A stretch of 64,000 bases of DNA, from contig JACOXT010000003.1 in NCBI GenBank assembly GCA_016182235.1, positions 451,488 through 515,487 of the forward strand. The letters run 5' to 3'. Below the pieces are notes generated by a model. That model saw nothing but the letters and a program-made list of their open reading frames with translations, did not search any database and had not been told where the DNA came from. Each line of letters opens with the position of its first letter. Position 1 is the stretch's first letter. This DNA is from Candidatus Levyibacteriota bacterium (GTDB taxonomy: Bacteria > Patescibacteriota > Microgenomatia > Levybacterales > UBA12049). This document shows, piece by piece, positions 40,052 through 49,517 of the stretch. Made by a program: the position numbers and the translations under genes.

Positions 40052-41128
40052 ATGGCATACCCACTTATCATTTTAGGAGCAGGTGCATCCTTTGACTTTC
40101 AAGATCTTTTAGATTATGAGGGAAGCAATGACATTATTAAGCTACTTGAATGGCGTCCTCCACTTGTAAATAAAATGTTTGATGTTGCGCGACTTGGAAG
40201 AATAATTGGAAACTATGATGATGTTAAACCACTTGCCTCAACAGTAAATAATCTTGTTAAAAATAAAAATATCAACTTTGATTTTGAAAAGCATTTGTCA
40301 CAAATAGAAAGCAAGTATCCTGAAAATAGCTATAAACAGATAATGGCCTTAAGGTTTTACCTTGCAGAACTTTTTAGTAAAATTTCTTACTACTATTTTA
40401 GACATACAAATAACCATCTTCATTTAATTAACGAGGTCAATAACAGAGGAGGAAATGCCTGTGTTGTAAACTTTAATTATGATACTTTATTTGAAAAGAA
40501 TATTAAAACTATCGGTAATAATGATAATATCGATGCCTATATTTCAGGAAACATCAAGATAATTAAAATACACGGTGCTCATAATTGGCGTTACAGCCCC
40601 AAAGCAGCAATTGCTAAAACTGGTGTTTATGATTTTTTTATATCTGGAGGGCGGAGCTTCTATGAAGAATATAAAGATCATGAAGTTGATCCAACAACTA
40701 CAAAAATTCTTGACTACAGTAAAGAAAATTTTGACCTAAACGAGTATAGGAAAAGTAGGGAAGATAAAACCCTCTCTATCAACACATGGCTATACTACTT
40801 ACCTGCAATAGCAATACCTATAGGGACAAAAGGAAATCACGTATGCCCAAAAAAACACATAAACACTTTAATTGAACAGTTAAAGATGGTTGACAGGATT
40901 CTTGTTATTGGATGGCGCGTTCAGGATGAGTACCTTTTATCACTATTAAAAGCACACTTACAAAATGGTGTTAAGTTAACTGTCGTATCTAGTGGCAATA
41001 CCTCAGCAAAAGAATACATAGAAAAGTTTAAGGCAATAATTCAAATAAAAATTCTAGACATGACTTTTCCTAATAATGGATATACAAATTTTATGATTAA
41101 CGGAGGGATTGAACGATTTTTATCATAA
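40052..41128 (+). CDS. SIR2-like domain protein (putative defence NADase)
   Basis: ILGAGAS, NFNYDTL, IKIHGAHNW, LVIGW. Confidence 0.8.
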   Translation: MAYPLIILGAGASFDFQDLLDYEGSNDIIKLLEWRPPLVNKMFDVARLGRIIGNYDDVKPLASTVNNLVKNKNINFDFEKHLSQIESKYPENSYKQIMALRFYLAELFSKISYYYFRHTNNHLHLINEVNNRGGNACVVNFNYDTLFEKNIKTIGNNDNIDAYISGNIKIIKIHGAHNWRYSPKAAIAKTGVYDFFISGGRSFYEEYKDHEVDPTTTKILDYSKENFDLNEYRKSREDKTLSINTWLYYLPAIAIPIGTKGNHVCPKKHINTLIEQLKMVDRILVIGWRVQDEYLLSLLKAHLQNGVKLTVVSSGNTSAKEYIEKFKAIIQIKILDMTFPNNGYTNFMINGGIERFLS

Positions 41129-41264
41129 CTCATGAAATTTGACCAACCGGTAAAAAATTATGAGGAGATATAAAACTAAATTGTTCGATATTGCAACCCA
41201 GACAGAACGAAAATTTACATGATAAAATCTCAAGAGATACTTGTGGAGATATTTAAAAAATAAT

Positions 41265-41420
41265 ATGGGTAAAAGTAAAAAAATTATTGTAAAAGGAAGC
41301 AAAATCGGTATCATCTTACATATTGGGGATAATGATTTTATCTCTCTAACCGATATGGCAAAATATAAAACTTACTGGTTTGGGGACTGGTTTGGGGACG
41401 GTCCTCGGAGGTGTTGTTAA
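41265..41420 (+). pseudogene. Truncated KilA-N domain protein
   Basis: MGKSKKIIVKGSKI...DFISLTDMAKYK, then the frame runs into a 12-bp repeat and stops. Confidence 0.65.
41374..41405. repeat. 12-bp tandem repeat ending in ggggacggtcct
   Basis: actggtttgggg actggtttgggg acggtcct. Confidence 0.75.
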
Positions 41421-41547
41421 GACACTCCAAAACAAACGCTGTTCTTGGAGCACCCACAACTCACCCTTAAATACTTGAGAATATTGGCATGTTATCGATT
41501 ATCTATTTCTTTTACTATCTCGAGCATGAAGGAGTAGATGTCTATTT

Positions 41548-42198
41548 CTATTGTTCAATTGCTAAAACCTGAAGGTGACTTTCGTGTTGTTCCAGAACCC
41601 CGCCATATGTCTGAACATATATGGATACAGTATGGTTTCCGGCAGATACAGGGAATACTCCGTTTACCGCTAAAGGAACTGCGGCATTTGCCGTAGTCAT
41701 AGTCGTTTGGTTGAACACTGCTTGATCAATATCATCAATATAAATATGGTAGAGGTGCTGAAATCCTCCGACTGTATTTCTGGTATCAACGTCGTAGTTT
41801 ACCCATAGAAGGCAATTTTCCGGGCAATTGGCTGTAATCTCATCAGGCGTTTTTACACTGTGTGGGTGTGTTATAGAAGTGCTAAAGAAAGATCCCCTTC
41901 TGGACCATATTCCAAAAACTATTTTATTTGATAAATTCTTGTTTTCAATTTCTTCAATTTTTGCAGACATTGTCGCATCATTAGTCTTGAGATCCTCTAT
42001 ATCGTCTTCATTTTGACTGACCCTGTTACTTAGGTCGTCGATGTCTTTTGACAAATTTGAGATAGCATCGGATATGAGTTGTTCAACTTGTACTATTGTT
42101 GCGAAAATGGGATTATTTACAGGTGCCGCTTTTACTAACTGGGGAAAAGCTAGGATGCCAGCAAGGAAAAGAAGCAGGATTGTTCTTTTAACTACCAT
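41548..42198 (-). CDS. Secreted coiled-coil protein with C-terminal beta-rich domain
   Basis: Signal peptide (VKA-A), coiled coil, C-terminal GNHTVSIY; upstream TTGACA-17-TACAAT on minus strand. Confidence 0.75.
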   Translation of the reverse strand: MVVKRTILLLFLAGILAFPQLVKAAPVNNPIFATIVQVEQLISDAISNLSKDIDDLSNRVSQNEDDIEDLKTNDATMSAKIEEIENKNLSNKIVFGIWSRRGSFFSTSITHPHSVKTPDEITANCPENCLLWVNYDVDTRNTVGGFQHLYHIYIDDIDQAVFNQTTMTTANAAVPLAVNGVFPVSAGNHTVSIYVQTYGGVLEQHESHLQVLAIEQ

Positions 42199-42240
42199 AA
42201 TTAAGTTGTATTGTAAGAATATTAAATCTATTTGTCAATC

Positions 42241-42316
42241 GTTTGGGGATGGTCCTGAGATATATTGTTGTAGTAAGCTGAAAGTGAAACATTTTGATCC
42301 TTCGGCCAGCTCAGGA
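42241..42316. repeat. ggggatggtcct motif plus ttcg..gctca hairpin
   Basis: gtttggggatggtcct (42241-42256); tcc-ttcggccagctca-gga (42298-42316). Confidence 0.7.
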
Positions 42317-42449
42317 CAAGTATGTAGGCATCAATTCAAATGTTAATTATTTTGCCTTGAGAAGATTTTAAGGGTTAGAAACAAGAACTATGTTAAAAAG
42401 TATTTAAACTTTAATTTTTTCTTAAAAAGCTTTAAGATAGTAAGATTGC

Positions 42450-42818
42450 ATGATGGATGAAGAAAGATTTAGAGAGTTGGTGGAGGAGGCGATTGATTCA
42501 CTTCCGACTGAGTTTGCGGAAAAACTTAATAACGTTGCAGTTATTGTGGAGGATACTCCCTCTCCAATGCAAATTAGAAAACTTGGGCTTCGTTCGTTAA
42601 CTCTTCTTCTGGGACTTTATGAAGGAATCCCCCAAACAAAAAGAGGGCATTATTCAGGAGTGCTTCCTGACAAAATAACAATATTCAAAAGCTCAATTGA
42701 GATGATCGCAAGAACTGAAGAGGAGATAAAAGAAAAGGTCAGAGATACGGTTATCCATGAAATCGGGCATCACTTCGGGCTTTCCGATAAAGACTTGGAC
42801 AAGAATAGGGTAGAATAG
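42450..42818 (+). CDS. Zincin-like metallopeptidase (DUF1025)
   Basis: LLGLYEGIP, LPDKITIF, TVIHEIGHHFG. Confidence 0.9.
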   Translation: MMDEERFRELVEEAIDSLPTEFAEKLNNVAVIVEDTPSPMQIRKLGLRSLTLLLGLYEGIPQTKRGHYSGVLPDKITIFKSSIEMIARTEEEIKEKVRDTVIHEIGHHFGLSDKDLDKNRVE

Positions 42819-42832
42819 TATAATATAGTTCT

Positions 42833-43843
42833 ATGGCGCAACTTTTGGGGCTGATTCTCCTTTCTTTATTCATTACCGCCATTCTTTTAGTTCCCTTTAT
42901 AGATTTTCTATATCGGATGAAGTTTCGCCGCCTCAAGCAAAGGACGCTGGATATGTTTAATAAGCCAACGCCTGTTTTTGATAAGTTCAATAACTGGAAA
43001 GTTGGAACGCCTGTAGGAGGAGGATTACTAATTATCGCTGTTGTTTCCATCTTGACCTTGTGGGCATATGGAATACTGGGTGTTGAGTATAAGCCGTGGC
43101 AGCTTTTTGCCATTTTATTTACATTCATAGGTTTTGGAGCGTTGGGGTTTTATGATGATATGAAAAAGCTGGTTAACGGCAGAAAAATAGCTTTTTTTGG
43201 TCTTCGCTTTAGGCATAAATTTATAATTCAATGGATATTGGCCCTTATTATCGCATCAGTATTGTATTTCAAACTGGGTTACTCTTTTATCTTCATCAAA
43301 GGGTTTGATCTTATAACATTGGGGTTTCTATTTATACCGTTTGCGGCTTTTGTAATAGTCTCATTTGCTAACGCATTTAATATAGCTGATGGATTAGACG
43401 GACTTTCATCAGGGCTTCTTCTTATTTGTCTTGCGGCCTTTCTTGCAATTACAGCTAATCAATTAGATGAGCCTCTTGGAATTTTTATCGCGATCCTCAT
43501 GGGAAGCGTTGCCGCATTTTTATATTTTAACATCTATAAAGCAAGAATTTGGCTTGGAGATGTCGGTTCCTTGTCTCTGGGCGCTGTTTTGGCTGTTATG
43601 GGACTATTGACAGGTAAGATTATCGCCCTTGCTTTTATAGGCGGAGTATTTGTTATAGAAATAGCATCTTCTCTTATTCAGATTATCTCTAAAAAATTTT
43701 TTCATAGAAAGGTGTTTTTAGCCTCGCCTTTTCATTTGTTTTTACAAAGACTTGGCTGGGAAGAACCGAAAGTTGTTATGAGAGCGTGGCTTTTAGGATT
43801 TCTTTTTGCAATATTAGGTCTTTATATTGCTTTTATAACTTAG
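42833..43843 (+). CDS. mraY: Phospho-N-acetylmuramoyl-pentapeptide transferase
   Basis: KVGTPVGGG, GFYDD, NAFNIADGLDGL, WLGDVGS, IEIASSLIQ, PFH. Confidence 0.95.
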   Translation: MAQLLGLILLSLFITAILLVPFIDFLYRMKFRRLKQRTLDMFNKPTPVFDKFNNWKVGTPVGGGLLIIAVVSILTLWAYGILGVEYKPWQLFAILFTFIGFGALGFYDDMKKLVNGRKIAFFGLRFRHKFIIQWILALIIASVLYFKLGYSFIFIKGFDLITLGFLFIPFAAFVIVSFANAFNIADGLDGLSSGLLLICLAAFLAITANQLDEPLGIFIAILMGSVAAFLYFNIYKARIWLGDVGSLSLGAVLAVMGLLTGKIIALAFIGGVFVIEIASSLIQIISKKFFHRKVFLASPFHLFLQRLGWEEPKVVMRAWLLGFLFAILGLYIAFIT

Positions 43844-43864
43844 TACCAGCCGCTTCAAAAGCTT

Positions 43865-45001
43865 ATGGGAAAGATTGATATTTCGCTTTTTATATCAGTA
43901 ATCCTACTTACTCTTTTTGGTCTTTTTATCATTTATGATGCTTCATCCTTTGTAGCCTACCGTGACTTTTCGGATAAATATCATTATATTAAAGATCAAT
44001 TTTTTTGGGTTGCGTTAGGAGTGGGTTTACTTATTTTTTTTTCGATGTTCGATTATCATAAGTTGTATTTACTTTCAATTCCCATTCTCTGTACCGCCTT
44101 AATTTTACTTATATTGGTTTTTGTGCCGGGAATTGGCGTTCGCCTTTTGGGAGCAAATAGATGGATTAACTTGGGAGCGTTTGTTTTGCAACCGGCGGAG
44201 TTTGTTAAACTTGCATTAGCAATCTATCTTTCCGCATGGTTCTCAAACAAAGAAAAAGGAAGACTATTGGCATTTTTACTTATATTAGGTTTGGTGTTAT
44301 TTCTTGTATTAATGGAGCCGGATATGGGCACTGCCGCCGTTATCCTTTCTGAAGCACTGGCAATTTATTTTTTATCTGGAGCAAACGTATTTTATTATGT
44401 CTTATTGGCGCCTATTTTGTTTGTATTGGGATTAATTATTATAAAGGTTTCTCCATATAGGGCTGAAAGACTTCAGGCATTTTTAAACATAGATCAGTCA
44501 ATAAGTACATCCTCTTACCATGTAAAACAGGCTCTAATTGCTCTAGGAGCTGGAGGATTAACAGGAGTTGGGCTTGGTAACTCATTACAAAAATATGCTT
44601 ATTTACCGGAGAGTGCGACTGATTCAATTTTTGCCATAATCGCTGAAGAACTCGGTTTTATTGGCGCGACTGGTCTTATTTTGGTTTTTGTTTTTATTGT
44701 TTGGAGATGTTTTCGTATTGCAGTTTCGGCGAAAGATGAATTCGGAAGACTTTTAGCTTCAGGCATCGCGACTTTTCTGGCAGTTCAGGCTGTTATTAAT
44801 TTGGGGTCACAAACAGCGCTTATTCCTCTGACAGGAATTCCTCTTCCTTTTCTGTCCTATGGAGGATCGGCTCTTATTGTGGATCTTTGTTCGATCGGAA
44901 TACTCCTTAATATATCAAAACAGGGTCTAGGGACTAACATTCAGCGTTCAGTTTATAGGAGTCGAAAAACTAGACGCCAGGCGGTAATAACTAAACGCTA
45001 A
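43865..45001 (+). CDS. ftsW: SEDS peptidoglycan polymerase FtsW
   Basis: GANRWI, QPAEFVK, EPDMGT, YLPESATDSIFAIIAEELG, PLTGIPLPFLSYGGS. Confidence 0.95.
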   Translation: MGKIDISLFISVILLTLFGLFIIYDASSFVAYRDFSDKYHYIKDQFFWVALGVGLLIFFSMFDYHKLYLLSIPILCTALILLILVFVPGIGVRLLGANRWINLGAFVLQPAEFVKLALAIYLSAWFSNKEKGRLLAFLLILGLVLFLVLMEPDMGTAAVILSEALAIYFLSGANVFYYVLLAPILFVLGLIIIKVSPYRAERLQAFLNIDQSISTSSYHVKQALIALGAGGLTGVGLGNSLQKYAYLPESATDSIFAIIAEELGFIGATGLILVFVFIVWRCFRIAVSAKDEFGRLLASGIATFLAVQAVINLGSQTALIPLTGIPLPFLSYGGSALIVDLCSIGILLNISKQGLGTNIQRSVYRSRKTRRQAVITKR

Positions 45002-45006
45002 ATATT

Positions 45007-46143
45007 ATGAAAGTTGTAGTAATAGGAGGCCATTTATCTCCAGCGTTATCCGTAATCGAAGCGCTGCCAAAAGAGGTAAGTATATTATTTGTTGGAAGAA
45101 AATATTCTTTTGAGGGAGATAAGTCAAAATCTTTGGAATACGAGACCATTAATTCTCTTAAGTTTCCTTTTGCTGAGATTACTACAGCAAGGTGGCAAAG
45201 AAAGTTTACAAGACACACTATTAATTCGCTCTTTAAATTTCCTATTGGAGTTATTCAGTCGTTATTTATTTTATTAAGATTTAAGCCAGATGTTGTTGTT
45301 GGATTTGGAGGGTATGTGTCTCTGCCAGTTGCTATATCTTCTTTTATCCTAAGAGTTCCCGTTGTAATTCACGAGCAGACTTTGGAGGCAGGTTTTTCAA
45401 ATAGAATAATTTCGGTATGGGCTTCTAAGATATGTATATCATGGGAGTCATCACGCTCATTTTTTCCAAAAGAAAAAACGGTATTGACAGGAAACCCGAT
45501 ACGGAAGTTCGAAGTTCCCGCTTCGCAGAGAGGCGAGCGAAGTATGAAGTATGAAGTTGATAAGAAGGTTCCTACAATTTATATAACCGGTGGAAGTTCG
45601 GGATCGCATTTTATCAACAAATTAGTCGAAGGTTGTATTGGGGAACTGCTGAGAAAATTCAACATAATCCATCAGATTGGAGAGTCAAAATTTGGCGATT
45701 TTGAACGCTTAGTAAAGCTTCGTGAGACATTTTCTTTTGATCAACGCAAAAGATATATTTTAAAAAAATTTGTTAAACCGTCCCAAGTTGCCTCAATTTT
45801 AAAATATTGCGATTTAGCTATATCACGTTCGGGTATAAATACAATAACAGAACTTATTTATTTTGAAAAACCAGCTATTCTAATACCCCTCCCATTTTCT
45901 CAAAATAACGAACAATTGAAAAACGCAAGATTTTTGGAGACGTTCAAATTAGGAAAAGTATTGTCTCAAAACGAAGCTGACTCAAGAAGCTTATCTCAAA
46001 TGGTAGACTTAATATTTGATAATATAAAAGAGCATAAGTTAAATGAGAGCGAATCAGCGAAGAGGCAAATAGAAAATGCGGCTCAAAATATAGTTAAGAT
46101 TGTTGAATATGTCGGTGAAACAAAGAAAGTCCCGAAATTATAG
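45007..46143 (+). CDS. murG: Lipid II GlcNAc transferase
   Basis: GGHLSPA, GFGGYVS, IHEQ, TGNPIR, TGGSSGS, SRSG, EQLKNA. Confidence 0.95.
   Translation: MKVVVIGGHLSPALSVIEALPKEVSILFVGRKYSFEGDKSKSLEYETINSLKFPFAEITTARWQRKFTRHTINSLFKFPIGVIQSLFILLRFKPDVVVGFGGYVSLPVAISSFILRVPVVIHEQTLEAGFSNRIISVWASKICISWESSRSFFPKEKTVLTGNPIRKFEVPASQRGERSMKYEVDKKVPTIYITGGSSGSHFINKLVEGCIGELLRKFNIIHQIGESKFGDFERLVKLRETFSFDQRKRYILKKFVKPSQVASILKYCDLAISRSGINTITELIYFEKPAILIPLPFSQNNEQLKNARFLETFKLGKVLSQNEADSRSLSQMVDLIFDNIKEHKLNESESAKRQIENAAQNIVKIVEYVGETKKVPKL
45504..45558. repeat. gaagtNN heptamer array with reverse-oriented 21-bp element at 45517-45537
   Basis: gaagttc gaagtt[cccgcttcgcagagaggcgag]c gaagtat gaagtat gaagtt; reverse complement of insert is ctcgcctctctgcgaagcggg. 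Confidence 0.9.
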
Positions 46144-46516
46144 GAAAAAGATTATATGGTATTTCCTGTATTTATTTGTTTTGGGCTTACTGGTTTTTTC
46201 ATATTACTATTTTAATCTCTCAAAAAACGGAACGTTTATTAGTCCACTTGCAAAGAGTAACAACAAAACTCAGGATAACGTTGAAAAAAAGTTAAAAGAA
46301 TCAAGCATCCCATATTCTGAAATAGAGTCCAATTCCGATTCTTCGTACACTATTACATCTGACCAAGGAGGTGAAATTATTCTATCTTCAAAAAAAGACT
46401 TAGATACGCAAATATCCTCTTTACAAAGAATACTCAGAGAGCTTACAATGAGAGGAAAAGGTTTTAAAAATATTGATTTTAGGTTCGAAAAACCTGTTGT
46501 TGAGTTTAGCGAGTAA
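46109..46516 (+). CDS. Reduced FtsQ/DivIB-like protein
   Basis: Single TM; C-terminal IDFRFEKPVV; upstream of ftsA. Confidence 0.65.
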   Translation: MSVKQRKSRNYRKKIIWYFLYLFVLGLLVFSYYYFNLSKNGTFISPLAKSNNKTQDNVEKKLKESSIPYSEIESNSDSSYTITSDQGGEIILSSKKDLDTQISSLQRILRELTMRGKGFKNIDFRFEKPVVEFSE

Positions 46517-46519
46517 ATT

Positions 46520-47800
46520 ATGAATGACGGGAAGATAGTGGTTGGAGTGGACATCGGAACTTCAAAAATCGTTACTATCATCGCCAGAGTTGGTGAATCA
46601 ATAAATGTTTTGGGTGTTTCCGAAGCTCTTGCCCAAGGTGTAAAAAAAGGACAGATAGTAGACATTAAGGAAGCGGTAAATTCTATAAATAACTCACTTG
46701 ACGGGGCAGAAAGAATGGCAGGATATTCTGTTTCTCACGTAGTCTCGTCAATCGGAGGAAGCCATATCGAATCCCAGAATTCAAGAGGAGTGGTCGCTGT
46801 CTCGACTCCTGAGGGGGAAATTGCGGAGAACGACACCCATAGGGTAATTGATGCGGCAAAAGCAATTTCCCTTCCGTCAAGCAGGCAAATAATCCACGTT
46901 TTGCCTAGAAGTTACGTTGTTGATGGACAGGAGGGCATAAAAGACCCAATAGGAATGACAGGGATAAGACTTGAGGTAGACACTCATATCATTACTGGAG
47001 CTTTAACATCTTTAACAAACCTTCAAAAAGCTTTTTCTCAAGTCGGGATTGATTTGGACGCGGTTGTCTTTAGCGGATATGCATCCAGCCTTGCGGTCCT
47101 ATCGGAAACAGAGAAAGAATTAGGAGCCGTTTTAGTCGACATGGGCGCTGGAACAACCGATATATCTATCTATGTTGATGGATCGGTTGCTTATTCTTCG
47201 GTATTGCCAATTGGAGCTCGCCACATAACAAATGATTTGGCAATTGGACTTAGGATATCTTTGGATAGTGCAGAAAAAATAAAAATGCACCTATCTAAAA
47301 CTGCAAAAAAACGCAAAATTGAACGGTTAGGTGAAACTTTTGAACCACAAAGAAACGTAGATGAGATAGATCTTACTAGCCTTAATCTACCTGAGGAGCT
47401 AAGGAAAGTTTCAAATAAAACACTTGTTGATGGAATTATAAGACCAAGGCTTAACGAGCTTTTTACAATGATAGGTTTTGAAATAAAAAGAAGTGGCTTC
47501 CTCGGCCAAACACCATCAGGTATTGTGGTAACAGGTGGAGGCGCACTCACGGTTGGGGTGACAGAATGCGCAAAAAGAACACTTGCAATGCCCGTTCGAA
47601 TTGGAATACCGACAAATATAAAAGGACTGATAGACGAGATACAAGATCCTTCTTTTGCGGCGGTTGTTGGGCTTGCAAGCTTTGGATCGACACTTGATGA
47701 AAAAAAATCACTTTTGCCTTTTGGCATGAACCTTCCTAATTTTGGTTTTAATAAAATATTTTCTCGCATTTGGGGCTTTATCAAATCTTTCCTACCCTGA
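46520..47800 (+). CDS. ftsA: Cell division protein FtsA
   Basis: VGVDIGTSKI, PIGMTGIRLEV, VDMGAGTTD, AEKIK, VVTGGGA. Confidence 0.97.
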   Translation: MNDGKIVVGVDIGTSKIVTIIARVGESINVLGVSEALAQGVKKGQIVDIKEAVNSINNSLDGAERMAGYSVSHVVSSIGGSHIESQNSRGVVAVSTPEGEIAENDTHRVIDAAKAISLPSSRQIIHVLPRSYVVDGQEGIKDPIGMTGIRLEVDTHIITGALTSLTNLQKAFSQVGIDLDAVVFSGYASSLAVLSETEKELGAVLVDMGAGTTDISIYVDGSVAYSSVLPIGARHITNDLAIGLRISLDSAEKIKMHLSKTAKKRKIERLGETFEPQRNVDEIDLTSLNLPEELRKVSNKTLVDGIIRPRLNELFTMIGFEIKRSGFLGQTPSGIVVTGGGALTVGVTECAKRTLAMPVRIGIPTNIKGLIDEIQDPSFAAVVGLASFGSTLDEKKSLLPFGMNLPNFGFNKIFSRIWGFIKSFLP

Positions 47801-47847
47801 ATAGGTCATTGCAATAGAGTTTTATATATGTTAGATTTAAATCAATA

Positions 47848-48948
47848 ATGTTAATAAAGCCGCATACTACAAATTTCGCAAAAATTCGCGTTATGGGAGT
47901 TGGGGGAGGCGGAATGAATGCTCTTTCCTCAATGATGAGTGACAGTCAAATAAAAGGGGTTGATTTTGTCGCAGTCAATACTGATGCTCAAGTTTTACTT
48001 TTATCCCGTGCACAGACAAAAATACAAATAGGAGAAAATCTTACAAAAGGGTTAGGCAGTGGCGGCAACCCAGAAATTGGGAGGCAAGCAGCAGAAGAAT
48101 CATACGAGAAAATAAAAGAATTTATAGAAGGTTCTGACATGGTTTTTATAACTTCCGGCATGGGAGGAGGTACGGGAACTGGAGCTTCTCCTGTAATTGC
48201 GCGCGCTGCTAAAGAGATAGGAGCTTTGACGGTTGCTGTAGTTACTAAGCCTTTCGCGTTTGAAGGAACAAGGCGCATGGTTACAGCTGAGGATGGAATT
48301 GAAAGTATAAGAGGCATGGTTGATACGCTTATTGTTATTCCCAATCAAAGGATATTGGATGTAGTTGATAAAAAAGTGTCATTGCTTGATGCTTTTAGAG
48401 TTGCAGATTCTGTTTTGACCCAAGGCGTTCAGGGGATTTCGGATCTTATTACAATTCCGGGCCTAATTAATGTAGATTTTGCAGATGTAAAAGCGATTAT
48501 GAGTAATGCAGGATCAGCTCTTATGGGCATTGGAACTGGCGCTGGGGAAAATAGAGCACAAACCGCAGCTAGAATGGCAATTGCTTCCCCTCTTCTTGAA
48601 ATATCAATGGATGGAGCAAGAGGGGTCTTATTTAATATTACAGGAGGAGCGGATCTTACGATGTCTGAAGTTGATGAGGCATCGAAGATCATCTCAAGTG
48701 CCGCTGATCCGGACGCGAATATTATTTTTGGAGCTACTGTTAATGAGGCCATGAAAGACCAAATAAAAATAGCAGTTATCGCAACTGGTTTTGATCGCAC
48801 AAGACAAACCCTTAAAGAATTTGTCAAGCCGGTTGAAATTCCTAAGCAAGAAGTTAAAACTGATGAGGGGGGAGAGCCTCCACAAGAAACTCCACAACAA
48901 ACTGACGATGTGTGGGACATCCCCGCATTTCTAAGGCAGAAGAATTAG
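47848..48948 (+). CDS. ftsZ: Cell division protein FtsZ
   Basis: [40 protein letters not shown]. Confidence 0.99.
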   Translation: MLIKPHTTNFAKIRVMGVGGGGMNALSSMMSDSQIKGVDFVAVNTDAQVLLLSRAQTKIQIGENLTKGLGSGGNPEIGRQAAEESYEKIKEFIEGSDMVFITSGMGGGTGTGASPVIARAAKEIGALTVAVVTKPFAFEGTRRMVTAEDGIESIRGMVDTLIVIPNQRILDVVDKKVSLLDAFRVADSVLTQGVQGISDLITIPGLINVDFADVKAIMSNAGSALMGIGTGAGENRAQTAARMAIASPLLEISMDGARGVLFNITGGADLTMSEVDEASKIISSAADPDANIIFGATVNEAMKDQIKIAVIATGFDRTRQTLKEFVKPVEIPKQEVKTDEGGEPPQETPQQTDDVWDIPAFLRQKN

Positions 48949-49020
48949 CTTCTAGAAACGACATTGCTAAACCACTCGGGAAAATAGAATTAAGCCAAGA
49001 ACTGATGTTATAATATATGC

Positions 49021-49512
49021 GTGAACAAGCTAAAACTTTTTGTTGTAAGTATTCTGGCCATAAACTTAATTGGGACAACAATTGTTGATTCACGCTATCT
49101 TTCAAAAAAAATATTCTTCCTTCCAAACGGCGCATTGGATACTACTTTTGAGTTATCTTCTACAAAAGTAAAAACAACAAAAGATATTAACCAAATAAAG
49201 AACGTTAATGTGATAGTTTTAAAAATTAACCTTAAAAATAATGCATCCTACCCTTTAACTAATATGAAATTAATCGTAGCAAATAAGGGGATTGATGCAC
49301 TTGAAACACCATCTGCTTTGCGTTTTACACATTTCCCTCCAAATACATCTGAATCTGCTTTTAAAGTACCAGATTTGTCGGCAGGAAGCGAAAGATCTTC
49401 AGAGATTCTTTTATACGCCAGAGAGAGAGGTACTTATTCAACGAATGTTATTGTTGAGAATGATGAAAAAGTAAAAGGCAGTACAGATCTTATCACCTTT
49501 ACAGCGGAATAA
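49021..49512 (+). CDS. Exported hypothetical protein (Ig-like fold possible)
   Basis: N-terminal hydrophobic stretch; beta-rich; TATAAT just upstream. Confidence 0.65.
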   Translation: MNKLKLFVVSILAINLIGTTIVDSRYLSKKIFFLPNGALDTTFELSSTKVKTTKDINQIKNVNVIVLKINLKNNASYPLTNMKLIVANKGIDALETPSALRFTHFPPNTSESAFKVPDLSAGSERSSEILLYARERGTYSTNVIVENDEKVKGSTDLITFTAE

Positions 49513-49517
49513 AAAGT

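Noticed and set aside
41130-41545. Other gene relics around the KilA-N fragment
   Set aside because: Short open stretches with no recognisable motif
36210-42400. Intact Tn7-like transposon at glmS
   Set aside because: No tnsABCD/tniQ or integrase ORF and no Tn7-type terminal repeats found; only the duplicated glmS end is reported
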